Source: a bacterium
GTDB taxonomy: Bacteria; UBA8248
Direction of reading: 5' to 3'
Assembly (NCBI GenBank): GCA_965200245.1
Contig: CBDATS010000004.1
Coordinates: 288,001-352,000, forward strand
Length of the DNA: 64,000 nt
A program made the translations under genes and the position numbers. A model generated the notes under the pieces. The model did not search any database, had not been told where the DNA came from, and saw only the letters and a program-made list of their open reading frames with translations. Shown in pieces: positions 50,161 through 60,315 of this stretch. Position 1 is the stretch's first letter. Every line of letters begins with the position of its first letter.

Positions 50161-51132
50161 ATGAGGGAATCCACACTTCGGTTGATCACGTTGGCGGCAG
50201 GTCTTGCCTTGGTTATCGGCACGGCTCCGACGGCACACGCAGCCAAAATACTCATGGGAACGTCCCAGCCCGGTGGCGCCACTTTCGAGATTGGCACCGC
50301 AATGGGCAAAGTGATCACGGACAATTCGGGCGGAAAGATTCAAGTGGAAACATCCGTAACCGGCGGTTCCACGGCAAATGTCCGGACACTTCAGAAGAAG
50401 GACAAGAACCAGGCCCTGCGCATAGGCATGGCCACGGCGCCGGCTGTCTCGTGGGGCCAAACAGGCAGGAAACCCTTCAAGAAACCTCAGGATGTACTGG
50501 CACTCGGAGCCCTTTATCCATTGACAACCGTCTACACCACATTCAAGACCACCGGAATCAAGAAATGGGCCGATCTCAAGGGCAAAAGATTCGTTGTCGG
50601 CGGTCGCGGGGGCTCGATTTACATCGTCACGCAGCTTGCCCTCAAACACAGCGGCGTAAAAGCGAAAAAAGAATTCTTCAACAACAACCAGAACTCAGCC
50701 GCCATCAAAGACCAAAGGGTGGACGCCGGATTCTTCTTCCTGAACGCGAACGTTCCCGCACCCGTGTATATGGACCTCGCTCGCACGCTCTCCGGCAAAC
50801 TTCACTTCTTCGGCCCAGATGAAGCCACTATCAAAAAGCTTGCCGAGAACGAAGCGGGCATCGTGCGCGATGTCGTGTCTGCCGGCTCCATCCCTGGTTA
50901 CGACAAGGATGTCGTAAGCTGGGGACAGATGTGGACTCTGATGACCAACAGCAAAATGAGCAATGCCAACGCATACGGGCTCGTCAAGGCTCTGTACGAC
51001 AACCACAAACAAATCACCAAATATCATCCGACCGGAAAATACGTCACGAAAAAGACAGGCCTTCGTGGCATTAAGAAACTCAAGATGCACCCGGGAGCGG
51101 CCCGCTACTGGAAAGAGTCGGGCATGAACTAA
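50161..51132 (+). CDS. TAXI-family TRAP substrate-binding protein
   Basis: Signal peptide, GTSQPGG, TGGSTAN, DLKGKR, HPGAARYWKE. Confidence 0.9.
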   Translation: MRESTLRLITLAAGLALVIGTAPTAHAAKILMGTSQPGGATFEIGTAMGKVITDNSGGKIQVETSVTGGSTANVRTLQKKDKNQALRIGMATAPAVSWGQTGRKPFKKPQDVLALGALYPLTTVYTTFKTTGIKKWADLKGKRFVVGGRGGSIYIVTQLALKHSGVKAKKEFFNNNQNSAAIKDQRVDAGFFFLNANVPAPVYMDLARTLSGKLHFFGPDEATIKKLAENEAGIVRDVVSAGSIPGYDKDVVSWGQMWTLMTNSKMSNANAYGLVKALYDNHKQITKYHPTGKYVTKKTGLRGIKKLKMHPGAARYWKESGMN

Positions 51133-51147
51133 GCATCATCGACAATG

Positions 51148-51176
51148 AAAAACTCCTGCTTCGGCGGGGGTTTTTT
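51148..51176 (+). terminator. Rho-independent terminator
   Basis: AAAAACTCCTGC-TTCG-GCGGGGGTTTTTT. Confidence 0.75.
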
Positions 51177-51267
51177 ATTGTCTCGTGATACTCGCCAAGG
51201 ACTATGGAAATGGTATGATGGCCGAACATTACCCAGAACCAGACCTTTCCATTCCCGGGAGAAGAAA

Positions 51268-51876
51268 ATGGACGCATCCGGTTTTGAAACCGTTCGTCTG
51301 GTCAAACCCGACGAGGCCGAAGATGAAGTTCTGCAGATATACGATGAAATATGTCGATTAAAGGACCCGCGCTGGCTGGGACCGTTATTTGGGTTTTTCG
51401 CACACGTGCCGGGTCTGTTGAGGGGATTTTGGGAACTGCAAAAACGCCTCGAAGTGCTGGATGGCCATATTTCACGTGAGTTGACCAATCGCATCGCCAT
51501 GGTTTGCGCGGTTGCCTCAGACTGCCCCCGCTGCGTGAATTTCCACAAAACAGATCTAATCCACCGCCTGGAACTCGATGAATATGAAGTCGAAAAACTT
51601 CATGACTTCGAGAACGCCGATTTGCCCGAAGCGGAAAAGGCGGTTTTCCGTGTTGCCAGAAAACTCACACTCAACGAACAGATGAGCGACAGTGAGTTTC
51701 AGGCGTTGCGCGAGCACGGCTTTGATGAACCCGCTATCGTGGAGATTGTCTCCGTTGCCTTGCTGGAGAGCGGCTTCGCTCGTCACGCAAGCGTACTCGC
51801 GCGATTTGAAGACGGAATGGACTGGCCTGCGCAACATACCCCATACGCCGAATATCGAAGCGCCATCGACCGCTAA
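51268..51876 (+). CDS. AhpD/carboxymuconolactone decarboxylase-family protein
   Basis: RE...IA..A...CPRCVNFH; LREHGF....IVEIV. Confidence 0.75.
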   Translation: MDASGFETVRLVKPDEAEDEVLQIYDEICRLKDPRWLGPLFGFFAHVPGLLRGFWELQKRLEVLDGHISRELTNRIAMVCAVASDCPRCVNFHKTDLIHRLELDEYEVEKLHDFENADLPEAEKAVFRVARKLTLNEQMSDSEFQALREHGFDEPAIVEIVSVALLESGFARHASVLARFEDGMDWPAQHTPYAEYRSAIDR

Positions 51877-51912
51877 GGGCTTACGGCTAGATTCGTACCC
51901 GCCAAAAAGAAT

Positions 51913-52215
51913 CTATTTCTCGCTATATATTTGTGTCAGATTATTTTTGGGAGGAGAATGTGCATTCTTCTCTTTTGTGCCTGCACGCAGATTCTTTTTC
52001 CGGTTCAAGGACGAATGGGGCAGCGCTTTCTTCAAAACGTACTTCGCAGGTGCCTCGGCGGGATAGTTGTACAGAGTAACCAGGCACGCATCGGTTTCAA
52101 CGCGAGCCTCCCCTGCTACTGCCCTGGATACGCTCATGACAACGAACACGACAAGCAACATGACTTTCAAATCACGCATCTGCAAAAACCCCGTGAAAAG
52201 CACGCCGAAATGCAT
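51913..52215 (-). CDS. Hypothetical small exported protein
   Basis: Signal-like hydrophobic stretch and basic C-terminus; no family recognised. Confidence 0.3.
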   Translation of the reverse strand: MHFGVLFTGFLQMRDLKVMLLVVFVVMSVSRAVAGEARVETDACLVTLYNYPAEAPAKYVLKKALPHSSLNRKKNLRAGTKEKNAHSPPKNNLTQIYSEK

Positions 52216-52416
52216 GCCTGGGAATCATAACACAATACCGGGAAATGATAATGCCACCTATTTCCCGATGGTTTTCGTATTGAAAAACAATTTCAACTCT
52301 TATATGGTTACCTGAAATTCAAAGACTGGAATTTTACGGATATGGTGGATGATTCAGGGCGTTCATTCGCCGATTTATCTTCAAGCTACACAACCATATT
52401 TTGGAAATGACCTCTC

Positions 52417-54375
52417 GTGCCAGAACCCAAACACCTGCTCAGAATGTCGAAAATCGACAAATCCTTCCCCGGCGTTCATGCCCTCAAGGAAGTAGATTTC
52501 GATCTCGCCGAAGGCGAAATCCACATCCTCCTGGGTGAAAACGGGGCCGGAAAATCCACACTCATCAAAATCTTGGCAGGAATGTATCAGACAGATTCCG
52601 GTCAAATCGAGATTCGCGAAGCACCCACCGTTATCCCCGATGCCAGAACAGGTCGAGACCTGGGAATAAGCGTGATCTATCAGGAACTGAACCTGGTACC
52701 CGATCTGAGCGTGGCAAAAAACATCTTTCTCGGGCGTGAACCTGTCTTGCCCGGCATCATGAAGCGTGTAGATTGGGCCAAAGTCGAGCAAGAATCCCGT
52801 GCGATCATGGAACGTTTGGGCGTAAAAATCGACGTCACCGCGCCGGTCCGATCACTAAGCGTCGCGGATCAGCAAATGGTGGAGATCGCTCGCGCTCTTG
52901 CGTTCGACTGCAATATCCTGGTCATGGATGAACCCACGTCCTCCTTGAGTGGGCATGAAATCGAGGAACTCTTCAAGGCGGTCAATCGGTTGCGTGAACA
53001 TGGTGTCGGCATAATCTATATCTCCCACCGACTTGAAGAAGTTCACAAAATTGGAAACCGCGTCACCGTCCTGCGCGACGGGCAATATATGGGCACATGG
53101 GAAGTCAAAGAGGTGGAACTCGATTTCCTGATTACGCAGATGGTGGGACGCACACTTGACGATAAATTCCCGTGGACGCCCCGCGAGCGGGGTGAAGTGG
53201 CACTGCGCGTGCGTGGTCTCACCCGAAACGGCATATTCGAAGATATCAACTTTGACCTTCACTATGGTGAAATCGTCGGTCTTTCGGGTCTCGTAGGCGC
53301 GGGAAGAACCGAGGTGGCACGCGCCGTTATGGGCGCGGACACTGTCGATAGCGGCACTGTTGAAATGACCAGAGCGACAAAAGAAAAACAGGAGATACAG
53401 AAACTCCCCCACTACCCGCTCTGGTTGGCGCTCGTGGACGTTTTCGTTTTCATGCTGGCCTTGCCCCTGTTCACCGTTATATTCCAGGTAATTTACGATC
53501 CTTTCACGCTCAACATGAATTCACCACCACCCCTGTTCAGTGGAAACTGGTTTTACGAATGGATTCTTGGCGGACCTTTGTACAACATACCGAATGGTCC
53601 CACACCCTATATTGTCGCCACCGGTCTGGCCGTCGTCCGGCAGGCCGGAATCTGGTTTCTCGAGCGGCAATACAGCTGGCGCACTCTGGCTATCGACTTT
53701 GCGAGTTGGTACGCCCTGGCGGTATGCACGATGGTCATTACAAGTTTGTTCACCCAGAATTTCGTTCTTGAATGGATCATGATCTGGGGCGGCGTCGCTA
53801 TGCTCATTATCCGGTTCTTGACGATCCTCACTCATGAACGCAAGTGGAATCCGACACTGGCCATACGACGAGGGCTCGGACTGTTGCCCGAGGACAGGAA
53901 GACCCAGGGTCTCACCCAGGTCCTTTCCGTTGCATTCAACACTACCAGCGCGAATCTCCGCCGCCTCATCAAGCGGTGGCTGCTGAATCTGAGCGTCGAA
54001 AAAAACCTCGTGGATGAACACATCCATCAACTGAAGATCATGACACCTGATCAGGAGACACAAGTCCGCTTCCTGTCAGGCGGTAACCAGCAGAAGGTCG
54101 TTCTGGCCAAATGGCTCTTCAGACGTGCCAACGTGCTCATCTTTGATGAACCGACCCGTGGAATCGACGTAGGCGCCAAATTCGAAGTCCACTCACAGAT
54201 GTTGCAATTGGCCAAAGATGGTGCCGCGGTAATGATGATTTCCAGTGAACTCCCTGAAATTCTTGGAATGAGCGATCGAATTCTGGTGATGCGTGAAGGT
54301 CGGCTCACCGCAGATATCGACAGAAGCGAAGCAACGCAGGAAGGAATCTTGCGCTACGCCATGACGGCGGAATGA
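52417..54375 (+). CDS. RbsA/MglA-type double-NBD sugar ABC ATPase with an internal ~160-aa membrane insertion
   Basis: GENGAGKST, YQELNL, MDEPT, ISHRL, GLVGAGRTE, PEDRK, LSGGNQQK, FDEPTRGIDVG, ISSELPE. Confidence 0.92.
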   Translation: MPEPKHLLRMSKIDKSFPGVHALKEVDFDLAEGEIHILLGENGAGKSTLIKILAGMYQTDSGQIEIREAPTVIPDARTGRDLGISVIYQELNLVPDLSVAKNIFLGREPVLPGIMKRVDWAKVEQESRAIMERLGVKIDVTAPVRSLSVADQQMVEIARALAFDCNILVMDEPTSSLSGHEIEELFKAVNRLREHGVGIIYISHRLEEVHKIGNRVTVLRDGQYMGTWEVKEVELDFLITQMVGRTLDDKFPWTPRERGEVALRVRGLTRNGIFEDINFDLHYGEIVGLSGLVGAGRTEVARAVMGADTVDSGTVEMTRATKEKQEIQKLPHYPLWLALVDVFVFMLALPLFTVIFQVIYDPFTLNMNSPPPLFSGNWFYEWILGGPLYNIPNGPTPYIVATGLAVVRQAGIWFLERQYSWRTLAIDFASWYALAVCTMVITSLFTQNFVLEWIMIWGGVAMLIIRFLTILTHERKWNPTLAIRRGLGLLPEDRKTQGLTQVLSVAFNTTSANLRRLIKRWLLNLSVEKNLVDEHIHQLKIMTPDQETQVRFLSGGNQQKVVLAKWLFRRANVLIFDEPTRGIDVGAKFEVHSQMLQLAKDGAAVMMISSELPEILGMSDRILVMREGRLTADIDRSEATQEGILRYAMTAE

Positions 54376-54397
54376 GCTGCTTTTGGAGGTAGATTCA

Positions 54398-55411
54398 ATG
54401 AGCGCAGCAGCCTCTATGGAAAACGAGAAGTTCATCTTCGGATATCCGGTCAAGGATATTCCATGGGAGCGGATACTCCTGATATCCGCTTTCCTGGTCT
54501 TGATGATCTTCTACACCTTTGCGACCGAGAACTTCCTGACCCTCGAAAACTTCGTGAATGTCGTGCGGCGCGACGCATGGCTCTTTTTTTTGGCCTATGC
54601 GCAGACACTGGTCATCGTTTCGGCAGGATTCGACCTTTCACAAGGCTCCATCATGAGCGTGGTAAGCGTGATGGCCTGGAGCGCGATGTTGCATTTCGGG
54701 TTTTTCGTCGGCCTCATCGCAGGCCTCGGTATCGGTCTGCTGTGTGGCACCATCAATGGTTTTTTCGTCGGCGTAGTCAGGGTGCAACCTTTCATCGCGA
54801 CATTGGGGATGCTCTTTATCGGCAGCGGCACGGCCCAGCTTTGGACCGGCGGCCTTCAAATGGGAGGCGCGCGCGAAGGCGCAACACTTCCGAAACACGT
54901 GGAAGAGGCGTATGTCTTTCTCGCGAAAGGAAATCTCGGTCCCATCCCCTTCACATTCATCTGGATAATCATCGCGCTGGCTACGATGTGGTATCTGCTC
55001 AAATACACCCGATTTGGCACGTACGTGTACGCCCTGGGCGGAAACGAGCAAACGGCGATTTCCGCGGGCATCAACTATGCCGGCATGAAAATCGCCATTT
55101 TCGGCATAGGTGGCCTTTTGTGCGGTTTCGCAGGGCTTCTTCTTTCAGCGAACGTCAGCGCAGCGGGAGAACCAAGGCTGGGCGGCGGCGATCAATTGCT
55201 CCAGTCGATCGGAGCAACCATAATCGGCGGCACGCATATTTTCGGCGGGCGAGGCGGCGTACTGGGTACGACGCTGGGTGTCTTCCTGATCATTTTCCTG
55301 GTGAATGGACTAAACATCATGGGAATCGACACCTACCGGCAACAAATCATCGTCGGTTTGGTGATTCTCGCCTCCATCTGGGTCAGCACCCTGCGTGAAC
55401 ACAAAAACTAG
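54398..55411 (+). CDS. RbsC-type ABC permease
   Basis: GFDLSQGS, PFIATLG, YALGGNE, IIGGT..FGGRG. Confidence 0.9.
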   Translation: MSAAASMENEKFIFGYPVKDIPWERILLISAFLVLMIFYTFATENFLTLENFVNVVRRDAWLFFLAYAQTLVIVSAGFDLSQGSIMSVVSVMAWSAMLHFGFFVGLIAGLGIGLLCGTINGFFVGVVRVQPFIATLGMLFIGSGTAQLWTGGLQMGGAREGATLPKHVEEAYVFLAKGNLGPIPFTFIWIIIALATMWYLLKYTRFGTYVYALGGNEQTAISAGINYAGMKIAIFGIGGLLCGFAGLLLSANVSAAGEPRLGGGDQLLQSIGATIIGGTHIFGGRGGVLGTTLGVFLIIFLVNGLNIMGIDTYRQQIIVGLVILASIWVSTLREHKN

Positions 55412-55426
55412 GGGAGATTCAATATA

Positions 55427-56422
55427 ATGGCGAAAGCAGCGGAGGCTCCGGCCAGACCTCCTGCCTCCATCTTGGCCAGTTTCGATTACGACAAATATGG
55501 TTTGCTCGTCGTATTCATCCTCATGATGATCATATTTTACATTCTTCAGTTGATGGGCTACGTGAACAACTTCATTGAAGCCCATAACCTGACCAACCAA
55601 CTCAGAAACGCTTCCTTGCTGTTCTTTATCGTGGCCGGCCAAAGCATGGTACTCCTGGTATCGGGTATCGATTTGAGCCAGGGTTCTCTGCTAAGCCTAT
55701 CGAGCGTCGTGATGGCGCAGGGCATTCTGGACTTCGGTCTCGCCGTGGGCGTGCTGATGGGTATCGGGATGGCAACGATGTTCGGTTTCATCAACGGCTA
55801 CCTCGTAGGCCGCGTGAAGATACAGCCTTTCATCGTCACCTTGAGCATGCTCTTCATCTGCGCCGGTATTGCCCTTGTGTTCACGGGCGGACGCACGATC
55901 CATCAGTTCACGGGCGAGCAAAAAGACATCCTTCAGGCCATCGGCCTCACGGATTTCTTTCATATCCCCGGCACGCTGTTCATTGCGATTGCCTTTTTCA
56001 TCATTCTCTACCTGCTGACGAAACGTACGGTGCTGGGAAGGGCGATCTACTTGACCGGCGGGAACGAAGAGGCCGCCCGCCTCTCCGGCATCGACACCGG
56101 CAAGGTAAAACTCATTTGTTACTTGATCAGCGGCATCTGCGTGGGCATCACCTCCTTCCTCTATTTGGCAAGGCTTCCGGCCACGAACGGCCTCGCAGGA
56201 TTCCAGCTCGAATTCCAGTCCCTGGCGGCCACCGTCGTGGGGGGCACGACCTTCCACGGTGGTGAGGGCGGCGTGGTGCAGGCCGCTATCGGGACGTTGT
56301 TCCTGACATTTTTGCTCAATGGTCTTATTCTCCTGGGCGTAGGTACATTCGCTCGGGAGGTGGTGGTTGGCGTTTTGCTTATTACGGCCGTGGTATTGAG
56401 TTCCCGCAAGCGGCGCGAATAG
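55427..56422 (+). CDS. RbsC-type ABC permease
   Basis: GIDLSQGS, PFIVTL, GGNEEAARLSG, VVGGT..GGEG. Confidence 0.9.
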   Translation: MAKAAEAPARPPASILASFDYDKYGLLVVFILMMIIFYILQLMGYVNNFIEAHNLTNQLRNASLLFFIVAGQSMVLLVSGIDLSQGSLLSLSSVVMAQGILDFGLAVGVLMGIGMATMFGFINGYLVGRVKIQPFIVTLSMLFICAGIALVFTGGRTIHQFTGEQKDILQAIGLTDFFHIPGTLFIAIAFFIILYLLTKRTVLGRAIYLTGGNEEAARLSGIDTGKVKLICYLISGICVGITSFLYLARLPATNGLAGFQLEFQSLAATVVGGTTFHGGEGGVVQAAIGTLFLTFLLNGLILLGVGTFAREVVVGVLLITAVVLSSRKRRE

Positions 56423-56511
56423 GAAAAATGTTCATTTGGCAGTCATTCTATCCCTTTCGCGGAGGAGACGGATTCTTCCGTGAAACCCATTCTGCGACGA
56501 GGAGACCCAAG

Positions 56512-57570
56512 ATGAAAAAACTGTTGCGCACTTTCATGATCCTCGCTTCCGTCGTCACGTTCATGTTCGTGTCGATGGCGGCGGCCCCGGACGCCGACGC
56601 CCGGGTGAAGGCAAAGAAGAAATACAAGATCGCCGTCGTCGTGCCGAACGGTGTCGACCCTTATTTCTTCTCGAAATGGTATGGAAGCGTCCAGGCTGCC
56701 AAGGAAGCCGGCGTGACCGTGACCATGTTCGACGCGGGTGGATACGAGTTCCTGCCCAAGCAGGTGGCCCACGTGGAAGACATCATCGCTGCGAAATACG
56801 ACGGAATGATCATCTGCCCAATCAGCACCAAGGGCATGGTCAACGCCGTCCACAAGGCGATGGACAAGGGCATCAAGATCGTTGTGGATAACATCGACCT
56901 CGACAGTAACCGCGTCAAAAACCGCGTCATGAAAAACAGCTATGAATTGGGTCTTCTCATTGGCGCTACCCTGGCGCACGGCATCAATTATCAAGGCAAG
57001 GTCATGATGTTGCCCGGACCAAGCGGCATCGAGATGGTAACCTCCATGGCCAAAGGCTTTGAGGAGTACATGAGCCACTACCCGAAAATCAAGATTGTGG
57101 CCAAGGAATTCACCAAGTCCAACGTTCAGCATGCATTCCAGACGGCTGAGGACCTGCTCAAGAAACACCCGGATGTAAAAGGCATATATCCCTGGGCGAC
57201 GCTCATCGCGAGAGGTACGGTGGACGCCGTAAAAGCCGCTGGTTACAAGCCCGGCCAGATCAAGATCGTGACGCACAATCTCGTCGTCGGCATCGAGAAA
57301 GACATTCGGGACGGCTGGGTTCATGCGGCTGTCCTGGCTGAGCAGATCGCCATGGCGAGAGAAGCCGTTTTCAACGTGATCGACCTGATCGAAGGACGCC
57401 AGCCTCCCGGCGCGCCACATCGCGGCGGCACGCTCAGTTACATCCAGAATTACATGGCTTACCAGCACAACCTCGACATTCTGGATCGAAGCGGCATCGA
57501 GGCTCCGAAAGAGTGGATGATCAAGCGCCAAAAGCGTGCGGCAAACATTGTGGGCGGAAAACGCCGTTAA
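56512..57570 (+). CDS. Sugar-type periplasmic binding protein (RbsB-like)
   Basis: Signal peptide, DPYF, Q...EDII...DGMII, GIKIV, LLKKHPDVKGI. Confidence 0.85.
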   Translation: MKKLLRTFMILASVVTFMFVSMAAAPDADARVKAKKKYKIAVVVPNGVDPYFFSKWYGSVQAAKEAGVTVTMFDAGGYEFLPKQVAHVEDIIAAKYDGMIICPISTKGMVNAVHKAMDKGIKIVVDNIDLDSNRVKNRVMKNSYELGLLIGATLAHGINYQGKVMMLPGPSGIEMVTSMAKGFEEYMSHYPKIKIVAKEFTKSNVQHAFQTAEDLLKKHPDVKGIYPWATLIARGTVDAVKAAGYKPGQIKIVTHNLVVGIEKDIRDGWVHAAVLAEQIAMAREAVFNVIDLIEGRQPPGAPHRGGTLSYIQNYMAYQHNLDILDRSGIEAPKEWMIKRQKRAANIVGGKRR

Positions 57571-57591
57571 GAATCATCCCTGTGGAAAAAC

Positions 57592-57621
57592 AAAAAGCCC
57601 CGCCGATTGGCGGGGCTTTTT
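57592..57621. terminator. Bidirectional intrinsic terminator
   Basis: AAAAAGCCCCGCC-GATT-GGCGGGGCTTTTT between convergent genes. Confidence 0.85.
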
Positions 57622-57641
57622 CACAAGTCGTCTTGCCTGAC

Positions 57642-58735
57642 CTACAACCCGTTCACGTATAAACTGAGTCCCATCCGCCCGGTCGACCCGCCGGGTTTGG
57701 GGTCGGAAATCCCGTCCGTCTGTACCTGTCCCATACCATCTACGGCCCGTACTGTCGCCGGATAAAATCCGTCTTCATCAAAACGCATGGGAAAGGCCCA
57801 AATAGTCCATGAGAGAGGCCCCAAGGGCTTTTTGAGAAAAGCCGGCGACCAGGACCGCAAACGCTCGCCTTGTCCGTAGGTAACTTCCACCTTGCGAATT
57901 CCCCGCGCTCCCGCAAATGCCGAACCCACAAGCCAGACTTTCGCTGTCCGTACATTGACGCGTCTTCTGGGAGCTTCGAAACGACTAAGCGTCTCGACAA
58001 TCGCCTCATCCGACCAACCGCGTCTTTGCCAATAGCCGCCATGCCCCCCGGTCGATATTTCGATGGATTCGATCCATTTTACGTTCTTCAGACCATACGT
58101 TCCCGGCACGAGGAGCCTCAAGGGGCGCCATGATCCCGTGGAAGATGATTCCCGTTCATTCTGGTGCACAGAAGCGTTCTCGGATACAGGGCCTGCTCCA
58201 TGGATATGGAGTCATGATACCCGTCCGCCGCACGAAAAATGACCCTGGCGGATACGGACCGGCGAACGCTCTCCGCTATGCCCGCCTGTTCGATAAGGTT
58301 TTTGAGCGGTATCCCCTGCCATAACGCGTTTCCTATCTGTCCCCCGCCCACGGGATTTCCGATACAGGTCATGGTCGCCCAGGTTTTCTCTTGTCTGAAC
58401 ACGCCCAATTCCGAAAAGGTAGCGGAAAAAGGCTGTTTTATCTCACCCTTGATGTTCAACCGCCATTTCCTGCGGGAGAGTCCTGGCGATGAATGGCCGA
58501 TGCTTTGCACGTAGAACGCATCGTTCGCCGTGACTTCGGGAACGACGCGCGCGGCGAACGCGAGAATATCCTCACCGGCTCTGGGCATCTCGACGGGGCG
58601 GCTGTTCAACCAGTCGAACAGGCGGCCCGTCATAGAGGCCTGCGCGTCGGGCGGAATCCCGAGCACGGCCAGGGGAGCAACTCTCCCCGCCACCCGCAAC
58701 ACATGGCGTCTGGATACGTTCATGATGATCCTCAC
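57642..58735 (-). pseudogene. Tat-exported sulfite-oxidase-family molybdoenzyme, frameshifted at 58122-58125
   Basis: SRR Tat motif, TMTCIGN (Mo-ligating Cys), GNALWQG, ADGY, HGAP | LRLLVPG..G.KNVKW, GYWQRRGW. Confidence 0.8.
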
Positions 58736-59279
58736 GCTGAAAACCGACCTGAATTCTACGAGAAAATTACCGGTTCACGAAATTTCCGCACACTGCCCCC
58801 GCACCTTCCCACAAATCCGCGCACTCTCCGTCAACACCTGTGGTGCGGCTCATGGCAGAATCCCCTCCGCCGTGACTCCCCTACATCTTATCCCAGGAAC
58901 TTCATTGCCAGAAATGTACCTGTCCCTTGACTATGGACTTTCATCTATCTTGCGGATTCTTCTCCGAGGTTCAGCTACGCCCAGAGTATTTTACTTCTGC
59001 AGTGCAAGCTTTGTCGCACTTCAATATGCTCGGAAGATAATGGGCATTGGCGGCATATATAAGCAAGCATACCGGTGGATGATTCGGGAACTGTCTGGCC
59101 AGCCTCTTTATCAGTGACTTGCACATCGAATGTTGAAGAGTTGCGGAAAACAAGAAAATAGCTGCAAGCAGAATCTCTGAACCAGCCCATAAAGAATGTA
59201 CACGCACTGCTCCGTTTATTACGACAGGCGCTCGGCAGCATGCGTATCGTTGATTCGGCAAAGACGATACTACTCATCG

Positions 59280-59436
59280 CCAGTTGTTCCGATCACTCCC
59301 GGATGAAGGCAAGCGTCGCCATCGGGAAGACCGCTTGGTCGCGGTCGAAGCCCTCGCGGGGAATCTGCGCATGGCCGTTTTCCCGCAGGTGGGTTTCGAT
59401 AACCGTATCGAAGGCCTATTCGCCGGTCGGCTTCCT
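59280..59436 (-). pseudogene. N-terminal fragment of type I restriction subunit HsdR
   Basis: KPTGE*AFDTVIETHLRENG...FDRDQAVFP...LAFIRE* resembles the HsdR N-terminus; two stops. Confidence 0.55.
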
Positions 59437-59437
59437 G

Positions 59438-59791
59438 TCACTGCCGCACTCGAATACGCGAATCCTCGACGATCCAGAGTTGCCCGGTGAGCGTCGCGTC
59501 GGGCAACACATAAAGCAGTCGTGCTCCGATTTTCAAGATATGGTCGCGGGACTGAGTGCCCGGCCGAAACACGACAAGTCCGGGATAAGTGTCGGGCGGA
59601 TATGTCCAGATGTCCGCGAAGTCCGTGTCGAGCGTCACGATGGTTCGGCCCTCGTGACTGCAGACAGATGCCAAGATCGAGCCCTGCGCTCCCCTGAGAT
59701 ACTGGTCGAGTACGGTCACCGCATCGTGCCCGGCCGCACAAAGCATGACCGCCAGATCGACGGGGAGATTCTCGTCCAACTTGAACCGCAC
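59438..59791 (-). CDS. DUF5615 PIN-like toxin
   Basis: FKLDENLP, GHDAVTV, VTLDTDFAD, GRLW-like tail. Confidence 0.85.
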   Translation of the reverse strand: MRFKLDENLPVDLAVMLCAAGHDAVTVLDQYLRGAQGSILASVCSHEGRTIVTLDTDFADIWTYPPDTYPGLVVFRPGTQSRDHILKIGARLLYVLPDATLTGQLWIVEDSRIRVRQ

Positions 59792-59801
59792 GCCGATTAT
59801 C

Positions 59802-60032
59802 CTATTGCCGGAGCACGACAACCCGTTCGTTTGCCAGCACTGCGGCATAACAAAGTGCTGCACGCACCGCTTCGCGGGAAACGGACGGATAGCTCTTTAT
59901 GATTTCATCCGCATCCAACCCGGCCGCCAGATTGTCCAGCACTGTCGTCACAAGAACGCGCGTGCCCGAGATGCACGCCTTGCCGTGACAGATTTCAGGG
60001 TCCACGGTGATGTGGTCGCGCCAGTCCATCAT
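59802..60032 (-). CDS. DUF433 antitoxin
   Basis: ITVDPEICHGKACISGTRV, YP....V.AAL.YAA. Confidence 0.9.
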   Translation of the reverse strand: MMDWRDHITVDPEICHGKACISGTRVLVTTVLDNLAAGLDADEIIKSYPSVSREAVRAALCYAAVLANERVVVLRQ

Positions 60033-60315
60033 TTACTCTCCTCTTCGCAGTACAATCACATCTATGGAGCGTCCCATGTCAGGGATTTTGCTCACAGCAC
60101 ATGGCTGTGGTGAGCCGTAAACCGGACTGTGACCACATAGTTCTCCGTGCGGCCCACGAGCGATCTCAACCGCCACGGCGATTCCGAAAATCGTGATTGC
60201 TGCTTAAGTGAACTTGTCGCACGTACCGGGGACAGCCCGTCCGCGGCTAGCTCCCGTCTCCAAGTGCGAAGCAACAAAACCATTGTCGTCCCGTTCGGAG
60301 ACAAAGATCACCTAC

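Noticed and set aside
51520-51545. Second selenoprotein in the AhpD-like gene
   Set aside because: The motif is ordinary CPRC with no in-frame UGA.
53368-53847. The ATPase insertion being an intein or mobile element
   Set aside because: It lacks Cys/Ser-start and His-Asn-end splicing motifs and any endonuclease or transposase signature; its composition is that of membrane helices.
58740-59270. Short ORFs between the molybdoenzyme gene and the HsdR stub
   Set aside because: Stop-interrupted frames with no recognisable family; I cannot support a call.
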